A DNA stretch of 32,000 bases from Pseudomonas aeruginosa (GTDB lineage Bacteria; Pseudomonadota; Gammaproteobacteria; Pseudomonadales; Pseudomonadaceae): positions 5,700,001-5,732,000 of the forward strand of contig NZ_LN831024.1 in assembly GCF_001457615.1 (NCBI RefSeq), read 5' to 3'. Positions within the stretch are counted from its first letter, which is position 1, and every line of letters begins with the position of its first letter. The notes below the pieces were generated by a model. It saw only the letters and a list, made by a program, of their open reading frames with translations. It had not been told where the DNA came from and made no database searches. Below are positions 1 through 10,325 of the stretch, one piece after another. The translations under genes were made by a program, and so were the position numbers.

Positions 1-2
1 TC

Positions 3-1502
3 GGCGTTGTGGTCCTGGCGCTGGTCGGCGTGGTGACGGTGGCCGAGCACCAGCCGGCGAGTCTGGCCGACGACGTGATCGGCATCGCCGTGGTCCTGCT
101 CGGCTACGCGGCCATGGCCTGGCTGCTCAGCCGCCTGCTGTTCAGCAGCCCCGGCGACGAACGTCCGTCGCTGATCAAGATGATCGTCGGCATCCTCTTC
201 ACCGCGCTGCCGCTGGTGCTCTTCGTCGCGGTCTGCTTCGGCTACTACTACACCTCGCTGAAGCTCACCGACCGTCTCATCGATACCCTTTACCTGCTGC
301 TGCTCTGGTTCGTCATCGAAGCCGCCTTCGTCCGCGGCCTGGGCGTGGCGGCCCGGCGCCTGGCCTACGCCCGGGCCCTGGCGAAACGGCAGAACGCGGC
401 GAAGGAAGGCGTCGACGGCGAGACCAACGTCGAGGAGCCGACCCTCGGCATCGAGCAGATCAACCAGCAATCGCTGCGGCTGATCCGCCTGGCCCTGCTG
501 ATCGGCTTCATCGTCTGCCTGTACTGGGTCTGGGCCGACCTGATCAGCGTGATCTCCTACCTCGACAACGTCACCCTGTACCAGTACACCGCCGGCACCG
601 GCGAAGCGGCCACCAGCGTGCCGATCAGCCTGCGCGACTTCCTCGCGGCGCTGGCCATCGCGGTGGTCACCGTGGCCTTGGCGCGCAACCTGCCCGGCCT
701 GCTGGAAGTCCTGGTACTGCAGCGCCTGACCCTGGCCCAGGGCAGCGCCTACGCCACCACCACCCTGCTTTCCTACGCCATCAGCGGCATCGGCATCGTC
801 AGCGCCCTGTCTACCCTCGGGGTCAGCTGGGACAAGCTGCAATGGCTGGTGGCGGCGCTCTCGGTAGGCCTCGGTTTCGGCCTGCAGGCGATCTTCTCCA
901 ACTTCGTCTCCGGCCTGATCATCCTCTTCGAGCGTCCGGTACGAATCGGCGACGTGGTGACCATCGGCAACCTGTCCGGCACGGTCAGCCGGATCCGCAT
1001 CCGCGCCACCACCATCACCGATTTCGACCGCAAGGAGATCATCGTCCCGAACCAGACCTTCATCACCGGGCAACTGGTGAACTGGTCGCTGAGCGATACC
1101 GTGACCCGGGTCACCATCAAGATCGGCCTGGCCTACGAGACCGACCTGCCGCTGGCGCGCAAGCTGATGATGCAGGCGGTCAAGGAAAACCCGCGGGTAC
1201 TGCGCGACCCGGAGCCGCTGCTGTACTTCCTGACCATCAGCGCCAGTACCTTCGACTACGAGCTGCGCTTCCACGTCCGCGAACTGGGCGACCGCAATCC
1301 CTCTACCGACGAGATCCTGACGAAGATCGCCACCAGCTTCCGCGAACACAAGATCGACATGGCTTTCAACCAGGTCGATGTGTTCGTCAAGAACCTCCAG
1401 GGCCAGCAGGTCCAGCTGTTCGTCGGCGAGCCGCAGCACAGCGGCGTCGGCAATCCGCCCGCGCTCAAGGGCCAGGACGGTCCCGCCGAACCGACCCGCT
1501 GA
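3..1502 (+). CDS. MscK/KefA-type mechanosensitive ion channel, C-terminal part (5' end outside window)
   Basis: Open frame runs through the left edge. Multiple hydrophobic TM segments followed by the MscS core: 'LQWLVAALSVGLGFGLQAIFSNFVSGLIILFERPVRIGDVVTIGNLSGTVSRIRIRATTITDFDRKEIIVPNQ'. Hydrophobic N-terminal extension is consistent with the large MscK subfamily. Confidence 0.93.
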   Translation, partial: GVVVLALVGVVTVAEHQPASLADDVIGIAVVLLGYAAMAWLLSRLLFSSPGDERPSLIKMIVGILFTALPLVLFVAVCFGYYYTSLKLTDRLIDTLYLLLLWFVIEAAFVRGLGVAARRLAYARALAKRQNAAKEGVDGETNVEEPTLGIEQINQQSLRLIRLALLIGFIVCLYWVWADLISVISYLDNVTLYQYTAGTGEAATSVPISLRDFLAALAIAVVTVALARNLPGLLEVLVLQRLTLAQGSAYATTTLLSYAISGIGIVSALSTLGVSWDKLQWLVAALSVGLGFGLQAIFSNFVSGLIILFERPVRIGDVVTIGNLSGTVSRIRIRATTITDFDRKEIIVPNQTFITGQLVNWSLSDTVTRVTIKIGLAYETDLPLARKLMMQAVKENPRVLRDPEPLLYFLTISASTFDYELRFHVRELGDRNPSTDEILTKIATSFREHKIDMAFNQVDVFVKNLQGQQVQLFVGEPQHSGVGNPPALKGQDGPAEPTR

Positions 1503-3029
<1,527 letters not shown>

Positions 3030-3179
3030 CGGGATACCCTGACAGAACGGCGGCCGATAATGCCGCAATGGAATAAATACCTTCGGAAAACTTCTTAGAC
3101 GCACTAAGAAAAGCCGATTATCTTCGCCGCCACACTTATTCCAGCCTGTTCTACCACCTCCTGTCAGGCGCCTTGCCGC

Positions 3180-4154
3180 ATGAAGATACGCGACCTCGAT
3201 CTCAGCCAGAGTTCGATCAACACCGAACACCAGGCGCTAGGTCTGCCTCCTGTCGAAGATTTCGTCACCCATCCGGACGACCACCCGGTACTGCGCGCCG
3301 CCATGTGGGCGGCGGTGCTGATCCTGGTCGGCCTGCTCGCCTTCCTGGCCTGGCGCCTGTTCTTCGACAACGGCGGCAGCAGCGGCTTCGAGATCATCGA
3401 GCAGGCCCTGACCAGCCGAGGTTTCTGGAGCGCGGTGGCGGTGGGCTTCTTCGCCCAGGTGATCGACGGTGCGCTGGGCATGGCCTACGGCATTACTGCC
3501 ACCACCTTCCTGCTCAGCGCTGGCGCCACGCCGGCCGCCGCCAGCGCCAGCGTGCACATCGCCGAAGTGTTCACCACCGGCTTTTCCGGGATTTCCCACG
3601 TCAAGCTCGGCAACGTCAACAAGTCACTCTTCCTCCGCCTGCTGCTGCCGGGAATGATCGGCGCGGTGCTCGGCGCCGTGCTGATCACCCGCTTCGACGG
3701 CCACCAGCTCAAGCCCTTCATCTCCGCCTACCTGCTGCTGATGGGCCTGTACATCCTGAGCAAGGCCTACCGCCACGTGATCAAGCGCCGGGCACCGCGC
3801 CACGTGGCCAAGCTGGCACTCTTCGGCGGCTTCGTCGATGCCGCCGGCGGCGGCGGCTGGGGCCCGGTGGTCACCAGCAGCCTGATCGGCTCGGGTAGCG
3901 ACCCGCGCACCACCATCGGCTCGGTGAACTTCGCCGAGTTCTTCCTGACCATCGCCAGCGCCACCTCCTTCATCCTCCTCGCCGGCCAGCCGGACACCTG
4001 GAAGATGGTCGCCGGACTGGTCTTCGGCGGCCTGTTCGCCGCGCCGTTCGCCGCCCTGCTGTGCAAGAAGCTTTCGCCGCGCACCCTGCTGGTCATCGTC
4101 GGCACCCTGATCACCCTGATCAGCGCCTACAACATCTACATCGGCCTGCGCTGA
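3180..4154 (+). CDS. TauE/SafE (TSUP) family membrane permease, putative sulfite/organosulfur exporter
   Basis: 324 aa, many TM helices; 'VGFFAQVIDGALGMAYGITATTFLLSAGATPAAASASVHIAEVFTTGFSGISHVKLGNV' is TSUP-like, with a second internal copy 'FGGFVDAAGGGGWGPVVTSSLIGSG...GSVNFAEFFLTIAS'. Confidence 0.9.
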   Translation: MKIRDLDLSQSSINTEHQALGLPPVEDFVTHPDDHPVLRAAMWAAVLILVGLLAFLAWRLFFDNGGSSGFEIIEQALTSRGFWSAVAVGFFAQVIDGALGMAYGITATTFLLSAGATPAAASASVHIAEVFTTGFSGISHVKLGNVNKSLFLRLLLPGMIGAVLGAVLITRFDGHQLKPFISAYLLLMGLYILSKAYRHVIKRRAPRHVAKLALFGGFVDAAGGGGWGPVVTSSLIGSGSDPRTTIGSVNFAEFFLTIASATSFILLAGQPDTWKMVAGLVFGGLFAAPFAALLCKKLSPRTLLVIVGTLITLISAYNIYIGLR

Positions 4155-4274
4155 CAGGCATAAGCGGCGAACACAACGGTCTAACCAGGCACGCTTTTCC
4201 TTGCCCGGGCGCATTGACCCGCCCGGCGCGCTTTCCCATGCTGCGTCCTTCCAATCTGCCCGAAGGAACGCTGC

Positions 4275-5551
4275 ATGAAACTGGAAACCCTGGCCGTCCA
4301 CGCCGGCTACAGCCCTGACCCGTCCACCCGCGCGGTGGCGGTGCCGATCTACCAGACCACCTCCTACGCTTTCGACGACACCCAGCATGGCGCCGACCTG
4401 TTCGACCTGAAGGTACCGGGCAACATCTACACACGGATCATGAACCCCACCAACGATGTACTGGAACAGCGCGTCGCGGCGCTGGAAGGCGGGGTCGGGG
4501 CGCTGGCGGTGGCCTCGGGGATGGCGGCCATCACCTACGCGATCCAGACCGTCGCCGAAGCCGGCGACAACATCGTCTCGGTGGCCAAGCTCTACGGCGG
4601 CACCTACAACCTGCTGGCCCACACCCTGCCACGCATCGGCATCCAGGCGCGCTTCGCCGCCCACGACGACATCGCCGCCCTGGAAGCGCTGATCGACGAG
4701 CGGACCAAGGCCGTGTTCTGCGAAACCATCGGCAACCCGGCGGGCAACATCATCGACCTGCAGGCACTGGCCGACGCCGCTCACCGCCACGGCGTACCGC
4801 TGATCGTCGACAACACGGTAGCCACCCCGGTGCTCTGCCGACCGTTCGAGCACGGTGCCGACATCATCGTGCACTCGCTGACCAAGTACATGGGCGGCCA
4901 CGGCACCAGCATCGGCGGGATCGTGGTCGACTCCGGCAAATTCGACTGGGCGGCGAACAAGTCGCGCTTCCCGCTGCTGAACACGCCCGATCCGTCCTAC
5001 CACGGCGTCACCTACACCGAGGCCTTCGGACCCGCCGCCTTCATCGGCCGCTGCCGGGTGGTACCGCTGCGCAACATGGGCGCGGCGCTCTCGCCGTTCA
5101 ACGCCTTCCTCATCCTCCAAGGCCTGGAGACCCTGGCGCTGCGCATGGAGCGCCACTGCGACAACGCCCTCGCCGTAGCCCGCTACCTGCAACAACATCC
5201 GCAGGTGGCCTGGGTGAAATACGCCGGCCTCGCCGACAACCCCGAGCACGCCCTGGCCCGGCGCTATCTGGGGGCCGCCCGGCGGCGATCCTGTCCTTCG
5301 GCATCCAGGGCGGCAGCGCCGCCGGCGCGCGCTTCATCGACGCCTTGAAGCTGGTGGTGCGGCTGGTCAACATCGGCGACGCCAAGTCCCTGGCCTGCCA
5401 CCCGGCGAGCACCACCCACCGCCAGTTGAACGCAGAGGAACTGGCCCGCGCCGGAGTCTCCGACGACATGGTGCGGCTGTCGATCGGCATCGAGCACATC
5501 GACGACATCCTCGCCGACCTCGACCAGGCCCTGGCCGCCGCCGCACGCTGA
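4275..5551 (+). pseudogene. metY: O-acetylhomoserine (thiol)-lyase / homocysteine synthase, interrupted by a single-base frameshift near 5270-5274
   Basis: PLP Cys/Met-metabolism enzyme: '[45 protein letters not shown]...[35 protein letters not shown]'. ORF 4275-5348 becomes nonsense after 'RRYLG'. Reading resumes in another frame '(G)[51 protein letters not shown]...' to 5551. Adding one base restores 1278 nt (425 aa + stop). Confidence 0.92.
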
Positions 5552-5641
5552 GCGGATCGGTCAGTCCGGGCGAGCGTTTCGGTCCTTGCCCGGCCTGGCC
5601 GGCCGGCTAGTCTGGCTGGGATCCCCGACATGGAGAGCGCC

Positions 5642-6094
5642 ATGCCACTGCCCACCGAACTCGCCAGGCACCTGACCGAAGAAAAGATCGCCTTCGTCCA
5701 GCGCAGCGGACTCAGGGCGGAAGTCCTCGAACCCGGCTACGTGCGCCTGCGCATGCCGGGCGCCGGCAACGAGAACCACATCGGCAGCATGTACGCAGGG
5801 GCGCTCTTCACCCTCGCCGAAATTCCCGGTGGCGCGCTGTTCCTGACCAGCTTCGACAGCGCCCGCTTCTATCCCATCGTCAAGGAGATGACCTTGCGCT
5901 TCCGCCGCCCGGCCAAGGGCGACATCCGCGTCGAGGCACGCCTGGATGCCGAGCGCATCCGCCAACTGGAAACCGAGGCCGGGGAGCGCGGCAAGGCCGA
6001 ATACAGCCTCGAACTGCAACTCACCGACGAGCAGGGGGAGGTGGTGGCGGAAAGCACCGCGCTGTACCAGCTACGCAGCCACGCGCGGCCCTGA
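5642..6094 (+). CDS. DUF4442 / hotdog-fold thioesterase-like protein
   Basis: 'GNENHIGSMYAGALFTLAEIPGGALFLTSFDSARFYPIVKEMTLRFRRPAKGDIRVEARL' is a hotdog/DUF4442-like pattern. ATG 5642 preceded by GGAG; the ORF track start 5630 is an alternative. Confidence 0.8.
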   Translation: MPLPTELARHLTEEKIAFVQRSGLRAEVLEPGYVRLRMPGAGNENHIGSMYAGALFTLAEIPGGALFLTSFDSARFYPIVKEMTLRFRRPAKGDIRVEARLDAERIRQLETEAGERGKAEYSLELQLTDEQGEVVAESTALYQLRSHARP

Positions 6095-6206
6095 CTGGCA
6101 GATTTCGCAGGGCACGGCGAAGGTTTTTTCTGCCATGGATCAAGGTCCGTAGCGAGCTGCGGCGCGACAGTGGAGAAGCCAGCGTAGCCATCCCACGGAG
6201 TCCGCC

Positions 6207-7021
6207 ATGATCCGCCACCTCCTGGTCGCCCACGACCTCACCCCGGAAGCCGACGTCGCCCTCGCCCGCGCCGCCCAACTGGCCCGCCAGCACGATGCGC
6301 GGGTCAGCCTGCTGCACGTGTACGACCCGGGGCTATCGGCGTCGGCGGTGAAGACCGTCAGCGCCATGCTGCAGCTCAAGCGCAAGGAGGCCGGCCTCGA
6401 CGAGGACAGCGCCATCCACCTGTTCAGGGGCCAGCCGATCGACGGCATCCTGCAGCAGACCCGGGCGCTCGAACCGGACCTGCTGCTGATGGGCGCACAC
6501 CACCAGAAGACCTTCGAACGCTTCGGCAACACCACCCTCGACCAGGTGGTGCGGCGCAGCCGGGTGCCGGTGCTGCTCGCCGTGCGCGAGGCGGACGAAC
6601 CCTACCGCCAGGCGCTCAGCGCCCTGGACTTTTCCCAGTGCGCCTGTACCGCGCTGCGCCAGGCCTACCGCCTGCTGCCGGTGGAAGCCGACCTGCACGC
6701 CCTGCACGTGTTCGAGTCCCCGACGACGGCGTGCTCGGCCTGCCCAGGCAGAATGCCGCGCACCTGGCCACCCAGGCCGGGCTGATCGAACAATTGCTGA
6801 GCGACGAGCAGGAGCGCCTGCCGGGCGTCGGGCCGCAGCTGAGCCACGAAGTGGTTCCCGGCGTGCTGCCGTACAGCCTGGACGCCGCGTTGAAGCAGCG
6901 CCAGCCGGAGCTGCTCGCCCTCGGCCGGCACAGCCGCAACGCGCTGATGCAGGCGCTGCTCGGCAACCTGGCGCAACGTTACCTGCGCCAGCCGAGCTGC
7001 GACGTCCTGGTTACCTCGTAG
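6207..7021 (+). pseudogene. Tandem-domain universal stress protein (UspA family), interrupted by a single-base frameshift near 6718-6721
   Basis: 'MIRHLLVAHDLTPEADVALARAAQLARQHDARVSLLHVYDPG...DLLLMGAHHQKTFERFGNTTLDQVVRRSRVPVLLAVREA' is a USP domain. After 'LHVFES' the frame is lost; the next frame carries 'PDDGVLGLPRQNAAHLATQAGLIEQLLSDE...LALGRHSRNALMQALLGNLAQRYLRQPSCDVLVTS', a second USP C-terminus. 815 nt + 1 = 816 nt (271 aa + stop). Confidence 0.88.
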
Positions 7022-7042
7022 AAGCGCTGCCGCAGAGGCTGC

Positions 7043-7810
7043 TCAGCTTTCGAGCAGCCCGTGCAACTCGACGAACTGCTGGGTCAACTTGTGCCGCGGT
7101 TCGAGGAAGATCAGCGGGGTACAAGCCTGGTGCGACTCGCGCATCTTCACCGAACTCATCAGGTACACCGGCAGCACCGGCAGTTCCTCCGCCACCAGCT
7201 CGTCGAGCAGTTGCTGCGGCAGGCTGGCGCGCGGCTGGAACTGGTTGACCACGATGCCCTCGACCTGCAGGTCTTCGTTGTGGTCGTCACGCAGTTCCTC
7301 GATCTCCTGGAGAAGGCCATACAGCGCCTGGCGGGAGAAGCTGTCGCAATCGAAGGGAATCAGGCAGCGATCGGCAGCGATCAGCGCAGATACCGTGTAG
7401 AAATTCAGTGCCGGCGGGGTATCCAGGTAGATCCGGTCGTAGTCTTCGTCCAGTTCGTCCAGCAATTTGCGCAGCTTGTTGATCTTGTGCTTCGACTCCA
7501 GCTTCGGCTGCAGGTCGGCCAGTTCGGGGCTGGAGGTGACGATGTGCAGGTTGTCGAACGGCGTCTCGTAGATCTCGACCCTGCCCTTCTTGCTGAAGGG
7601 CCCGGAAGACAAGGTCTGCTTGAAGAAGTCGGCGATCCCCACCGGCAGGTCCTCGCCGGTCAGTCCGGTCAGGTAGTGCGTGGAGTTGGCCTGGGCGTCC
7701 AGGTCCACCAGCAGGGTGCGATAGCCCTCCGCCGCGCTGACCGCCGCCAGGTTGCAGGCGATGCTGGACTTGCCTACCCCGCCTTTCTGATTGAACACCA
7801 CGCGCCGCAT
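7043..7810 (-). CDS. ParA/MinD-family Walker ATPase (orphan ParA-like)
   Basis: '[47 protein letters not shown]' deviant Walker A, '[40 protein letters not shown]'. No ParB-like gene adjacent. Confidence 0.92.
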   Translation of the reverse strand: MRRVVFNQKGGVGKSSIACNLAAVSAAEGYRTLLVDLDAQANSTHYLTGLTGEDLPVGIADFFKQTLSSGPFSKKGRVEIYETPFDNLHIVTSSPELADLQPKLESKHKINKLRKLLDELDEDYDRIYLDTPPALNFYTVSALIAADRCLIPFDCDSFSRQALYGLLQEIEELRDDHNEDLQVEGIVVNQFQPRASLPQQLLDELVAEELPVLPVYLMSSVKMRESHQACTPLIFLEPRHKLTQQFVELHGLLES

Positions 7811-7900
7811 GGGAAATCTCCGTGAGCCGAGCCTGATCCCGGATGATAGGCAAAGCCGCGGGCAAGCGCGAGCGCCGTCTCGGTCCTGACGTAGAGCGGT

Positions 7901-8806
7901 TCAGCGCCGGCGCAGGCTGGCCGCCTCACGGGTCACCAGGTCGATGAAGGACAGCGCCAGCGGCGAGCCCTCGTTCTGCCGACGGACCAGCCATACCGCA
8001 GTCGTCGCCTCGGGATCGCTCAGGGTGCGGTAGACCACGCCGTCGACCCGGGTGCGGCGGAACGACGCCGGCAGGATCGACACCCCCAGTCCAGCCGAGA
8101 CCAGGCCGATGATGGTCATCGCCTCGCTGGCCTCCTGGGCGATGCGCGGGCTGAAGCCGGCCTGTCGGGTCAGGGCGATGACCTGGTCGTAGAGCCCGGT
8201 GCCGTAGCTGCGCGGGAAGAACACGAAGGGCTCCTCGGCCAGGGCGGCGATGGCCAGGCCATCCTCGCTGCCGGCCGCCAGCGGATGGTCGGCCCGCAGC
8301 ACCGCCACCAGCGGTTCGCGGAACAACTCCACCCAATGCACCGCATCCGGCAGCGCCAGCGGGCGGATCACGCCCACCTGCAGGCTTTCCTCGAGCAGCG
8401 CCTTGAGTACCTGGCGGCTGCTCATTTCCTGCAGGTCGAGGTGTACGTCCGGATAGGCCTTGCGGAAGGCATGGATGCTGCTGGGTATGGTCGAGGTGAA
8501 GGGTGCCGAGGAAGTGAAACCGATCTTCAGCTCGCCCAGTTCCCCCAGGTGGGCCCGACGCGCCAGCAACACCGCCTTGTCTACCTGGGCCAGCACCTGG
8601 CGGGACTCGTCGAGGAACAGCCGGCCGGCGTCGGTGAGTTCGACGCGGCGGTTGGTGCGCTCGAACAGGCGCGCACCGATTTCCTCCTCCAGCGCCTGGA
8701 TCTGCTGGCTCAACGGCGGCTGGGAGATCCCCAGGCGCTCGGCGGCGCGGCCGAAGTGCAGCTCCTCGGCGACGGCGATGAAATAGCGCAGGTGCCTGAG
8801 TTCCAC
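7901..8806 (-). CDS. LysR-family transcriptional regulator
   Basis: 'MELRHLRYFIAVAEELHFGRAAERLGISQPPLSQQIQALEEEIGARLFERTNRRVELTDAGRLFLDESRQVL' is a canonical LysR wHTH, followed by an effector-binding domain. Confidence 0.96.
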   Translation of the reverse strand: MELRHLRYFIAVAEELHFGRAAERLGISQPPLSQQIQALEEEIGARLFERTNRRVELTDAGRLFLDESRQVLAQVDKAVLLARRAHLGELGELKIGFTSSAPFTSTIPSSIHAFRKAYPDVHLDLQEMSSRQVLKALLEESLQVGVIRPLALPDAVHWVELFREPLVAVLRADHPLAAGSEDGLAIAALAEEPFVFFPRSYGTGLYDQVIALTRQAGFSPRIAQEASEAMTIIGLVSAGLGVSILPASFRRTRVDGVVYRTLSDPEATTAVWLVRRQNEGSPLALSFIDLVTREAASLRRR

Positions 8807-8833
8807 GCGGCCCCTCCAATTAGGTCTTTTTAC

Positions 8834-8856
8834 ATATCAATCGTGTCGATCAATAT
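8834..8856. promoter_or_regulatory. Candidate operator: interrupted dyad in the LysR/MFS divergent spacer
   Basis: ATAT-ca-ATCG-tgt-CGAT-ca-ATAT: both the outer (ATAT/ATAT) and inner (ATCG/CGAT) blocks are symmetric. It sits in an AT-rich patch between two divergent genes. Confidence 0.45.
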
Positions 8857-8981
8857 ATTGGAAATCATATAAACCTATCTATATCCTTTGCCACATAACC
8901 TCCAACAACGACCCCTTGTCCCTGAAATCCAGGTGGCGCGGCCTCGTTGTGCCTGCTCGCCACCGACCCCAGAGGTGCCCC

Positions 8982-10298
8982 GTGAGCAATCCGCAAGTCC
9001 GGCCACAGGCCGAAGAAGAACCCGCGTTAATCGAGGCGGCCCGCGAAGCAGCCAACGAGGTGCTGGAAGCCGCCACCGAAGTCGAACGCTATATCGAGAA
9101 AGGCACCCCGCAGTTCATGCGCACCTCGCTGGCGCTGTTCTCCGGCGGTTTCGCCACCTTTGCCCTGCTCTACTGCATCCAGCCGATGATGCCGGTGCTG
9201 TCCAAGGCGTTTTCCATCAGCGCCGCGGAAAGCAGCCTGGCATTGTCCGTCGCCACCGCCATGCTCGCCCTTGGCCTGCTGGTCACCGGCCCGATCTCCG
9301 ACGCGATCGGTCGCAAGCCGGTGATGGTCGTCTCGCTGCTGGCCGCCGCGCTGTTCACCCTCGGCAGCGCGGTGATGCCCACCTGGCATGGCGTGCTGCT
9401 GATGCGCGCGCTGGTCGGGCTGTCCTTGAGCGGCCTGGCCGCGGTGGCGATGACCTATCTCAGCGAAGAGATCCATCCGCAGCACATCGGCTTGTCGATG
9501 GGCCTGTACATCGGCGGCAACGCCATCGGCGGGATGAGCGGACGCCTGATCAGCGGCGTCCTGGTCGATTTCATCTCCTGGCATGCCGCACTGGCGGTCC
9601 TCGGCGGCCTGGCCCTGGTCGCCGCGCTGGTGTTCTGGCGCGTGCTGCCCGAATCGAAACACTTCCGGCCGGCACCGCTGAAGCCGGCGACCCTGCTCAA
9701 CGGCTACCGCTTGCACTTCCGCGACGCCGGACTGCCCTGGCTGTTCCTGATCGGTTTCCTGCTGATGGGCAGCTTCGTCACCCTGTTCAACTACATCGGC
9801 TACCGCCTGCTGGCCGAGCCCTACCACATGAGCCAGGCGGTGGTCGGCGTGCTCTCGGTGGTTTACCTCTCGGGCATCTACAGCTCGGCCTGGGTCGGTT
9901 CGCTGGCCGACAAGCTGGGGCGACGCAAGGTGCTCTGGGCGGTCATCCTGCTGATGCTCGGCGGCCTGCTGCTGACCCTGTTCGAGCCGATCCCGCTGAT
10001 GCTCGCCGGCCTGCTGCTATTCACCTTCGGCTTCTTCGGCGCGCACTCGGTGGCGAGCAGTTGGATCGGGCGCCGCGCCCTGCGCGCCAAGGGCCAGGCC
10101 TCGTCGCTCTACCTGTTCAGCTACTACGTCGGCTCGAGCCTGGCCGGCACCCTCGGCGGGGTGTTCTGGCATTACTACGGCTGGAACGGCATCGGGCTGT
10201 TCATCGGCTCGCTGCTGGTGGTCGCGGTATTGGTCTCGCTGCACCTGGCGCGCCTGCCGGCCCTGCCTGGCAACACCCTGGCGCAGGCCGCCCACTGA
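8982..10298 (+). CDS. Major facilitator superfamily transporter
   Basis: 12-TM-like protein, 'LSVATAMLALGLLVTGPISDAIGRKPVMVVSLLAAALFTLGSAVMPTWHGVLLMRALVGLSLSGLAAVAMTYLSEE' and 'GSLADKLGRRKVLWAVILLML'. GTG 8982 start (VSNPQVRPQ...) inferred from the N-terminus; ORF track start is 8916. Confidence 0.92.
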   Translation: MSNPQVRPQAEEEPALIEAAREAANEVLEAATEVERYIEKGTPQFMRTSLALFSGGFATFALLYCIQPMMPVLSKAFSISAAESSLALSVATAMLALGLLVTGPISDAIGRKPVMVVSLLAAALFTLGSAVMPTWHGVLLMRALVGLSLSGLAAVAMTYLSEEIHPQHIGLSMGLYIGGNAIGGMSGRLISGVLVDFISWHAALAVLGGLALVAALVFWRVLPESKHFRPAPLKPATLLNGYRLHFRDAGLPWLFLIGFLLMGSFVTLFNYIGYRLLAEPYHMSQAVVGVLSVVYLSGIYSSAWVGSLADKLGRRKVLWAVILLMLGGLLLTLFEPIPLMLAGLLLFTFGFFGAHSVASSWIGRRALRAKGQASSLYLFSYYVGSSLAGTLGGVFWHYYGWNGIGLFIGSLLVVAVLVSLHLARLPALPGNTLAQAAH

Positions 10299-10305
10299 GT
10301 TCGAT

Positions 10306-10323
10306 GCGCCGGTCTCCCGGCGC
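10306..10323. terminator. Hairpin between convergent MFS and SDR genes, possible bidirectional terminator
   Basis: GCGCCGG-tctc-CCGGCGC, perfect 7-bp stem and 4-nt loop in the 27-nt convergent gap. No strong U-run. Confidence 0.45.
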
Positions 10324-10325
10324 CT

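Noticed and set aside
4155-4274. Methionine/SAM-type riboswitch upstream of metY
   Set aside because: Only a 7-bp GC stem (4205-4211 with 4220-4226) without the conserved core of a known SAM riboswitch and without a clear U-run. Infernal against Rfam would settle it.
3624-5249. 541-aa minus-strand ORF antisense to the TSUP gene and metY
   Set aside because: Shadow ORF spanning two unrelated real genes and their intergenic region; no domain signal.
5268-5276. Programmed ribosomal frameshifting in metY
   Set aside because: No canonical X XXY YYZ heptamer and no obvious stimulatory structure; MetY is normally encoded in a single frame. A deletion or sequencing error is simpler.
7043-7810. ParA-like gene as evidence of an integrated plasmid or genomic island
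   Set aside because: No integrase, tRNA junction, direct repeats, ParB or compositional break flanks it; surrounding genes are core.
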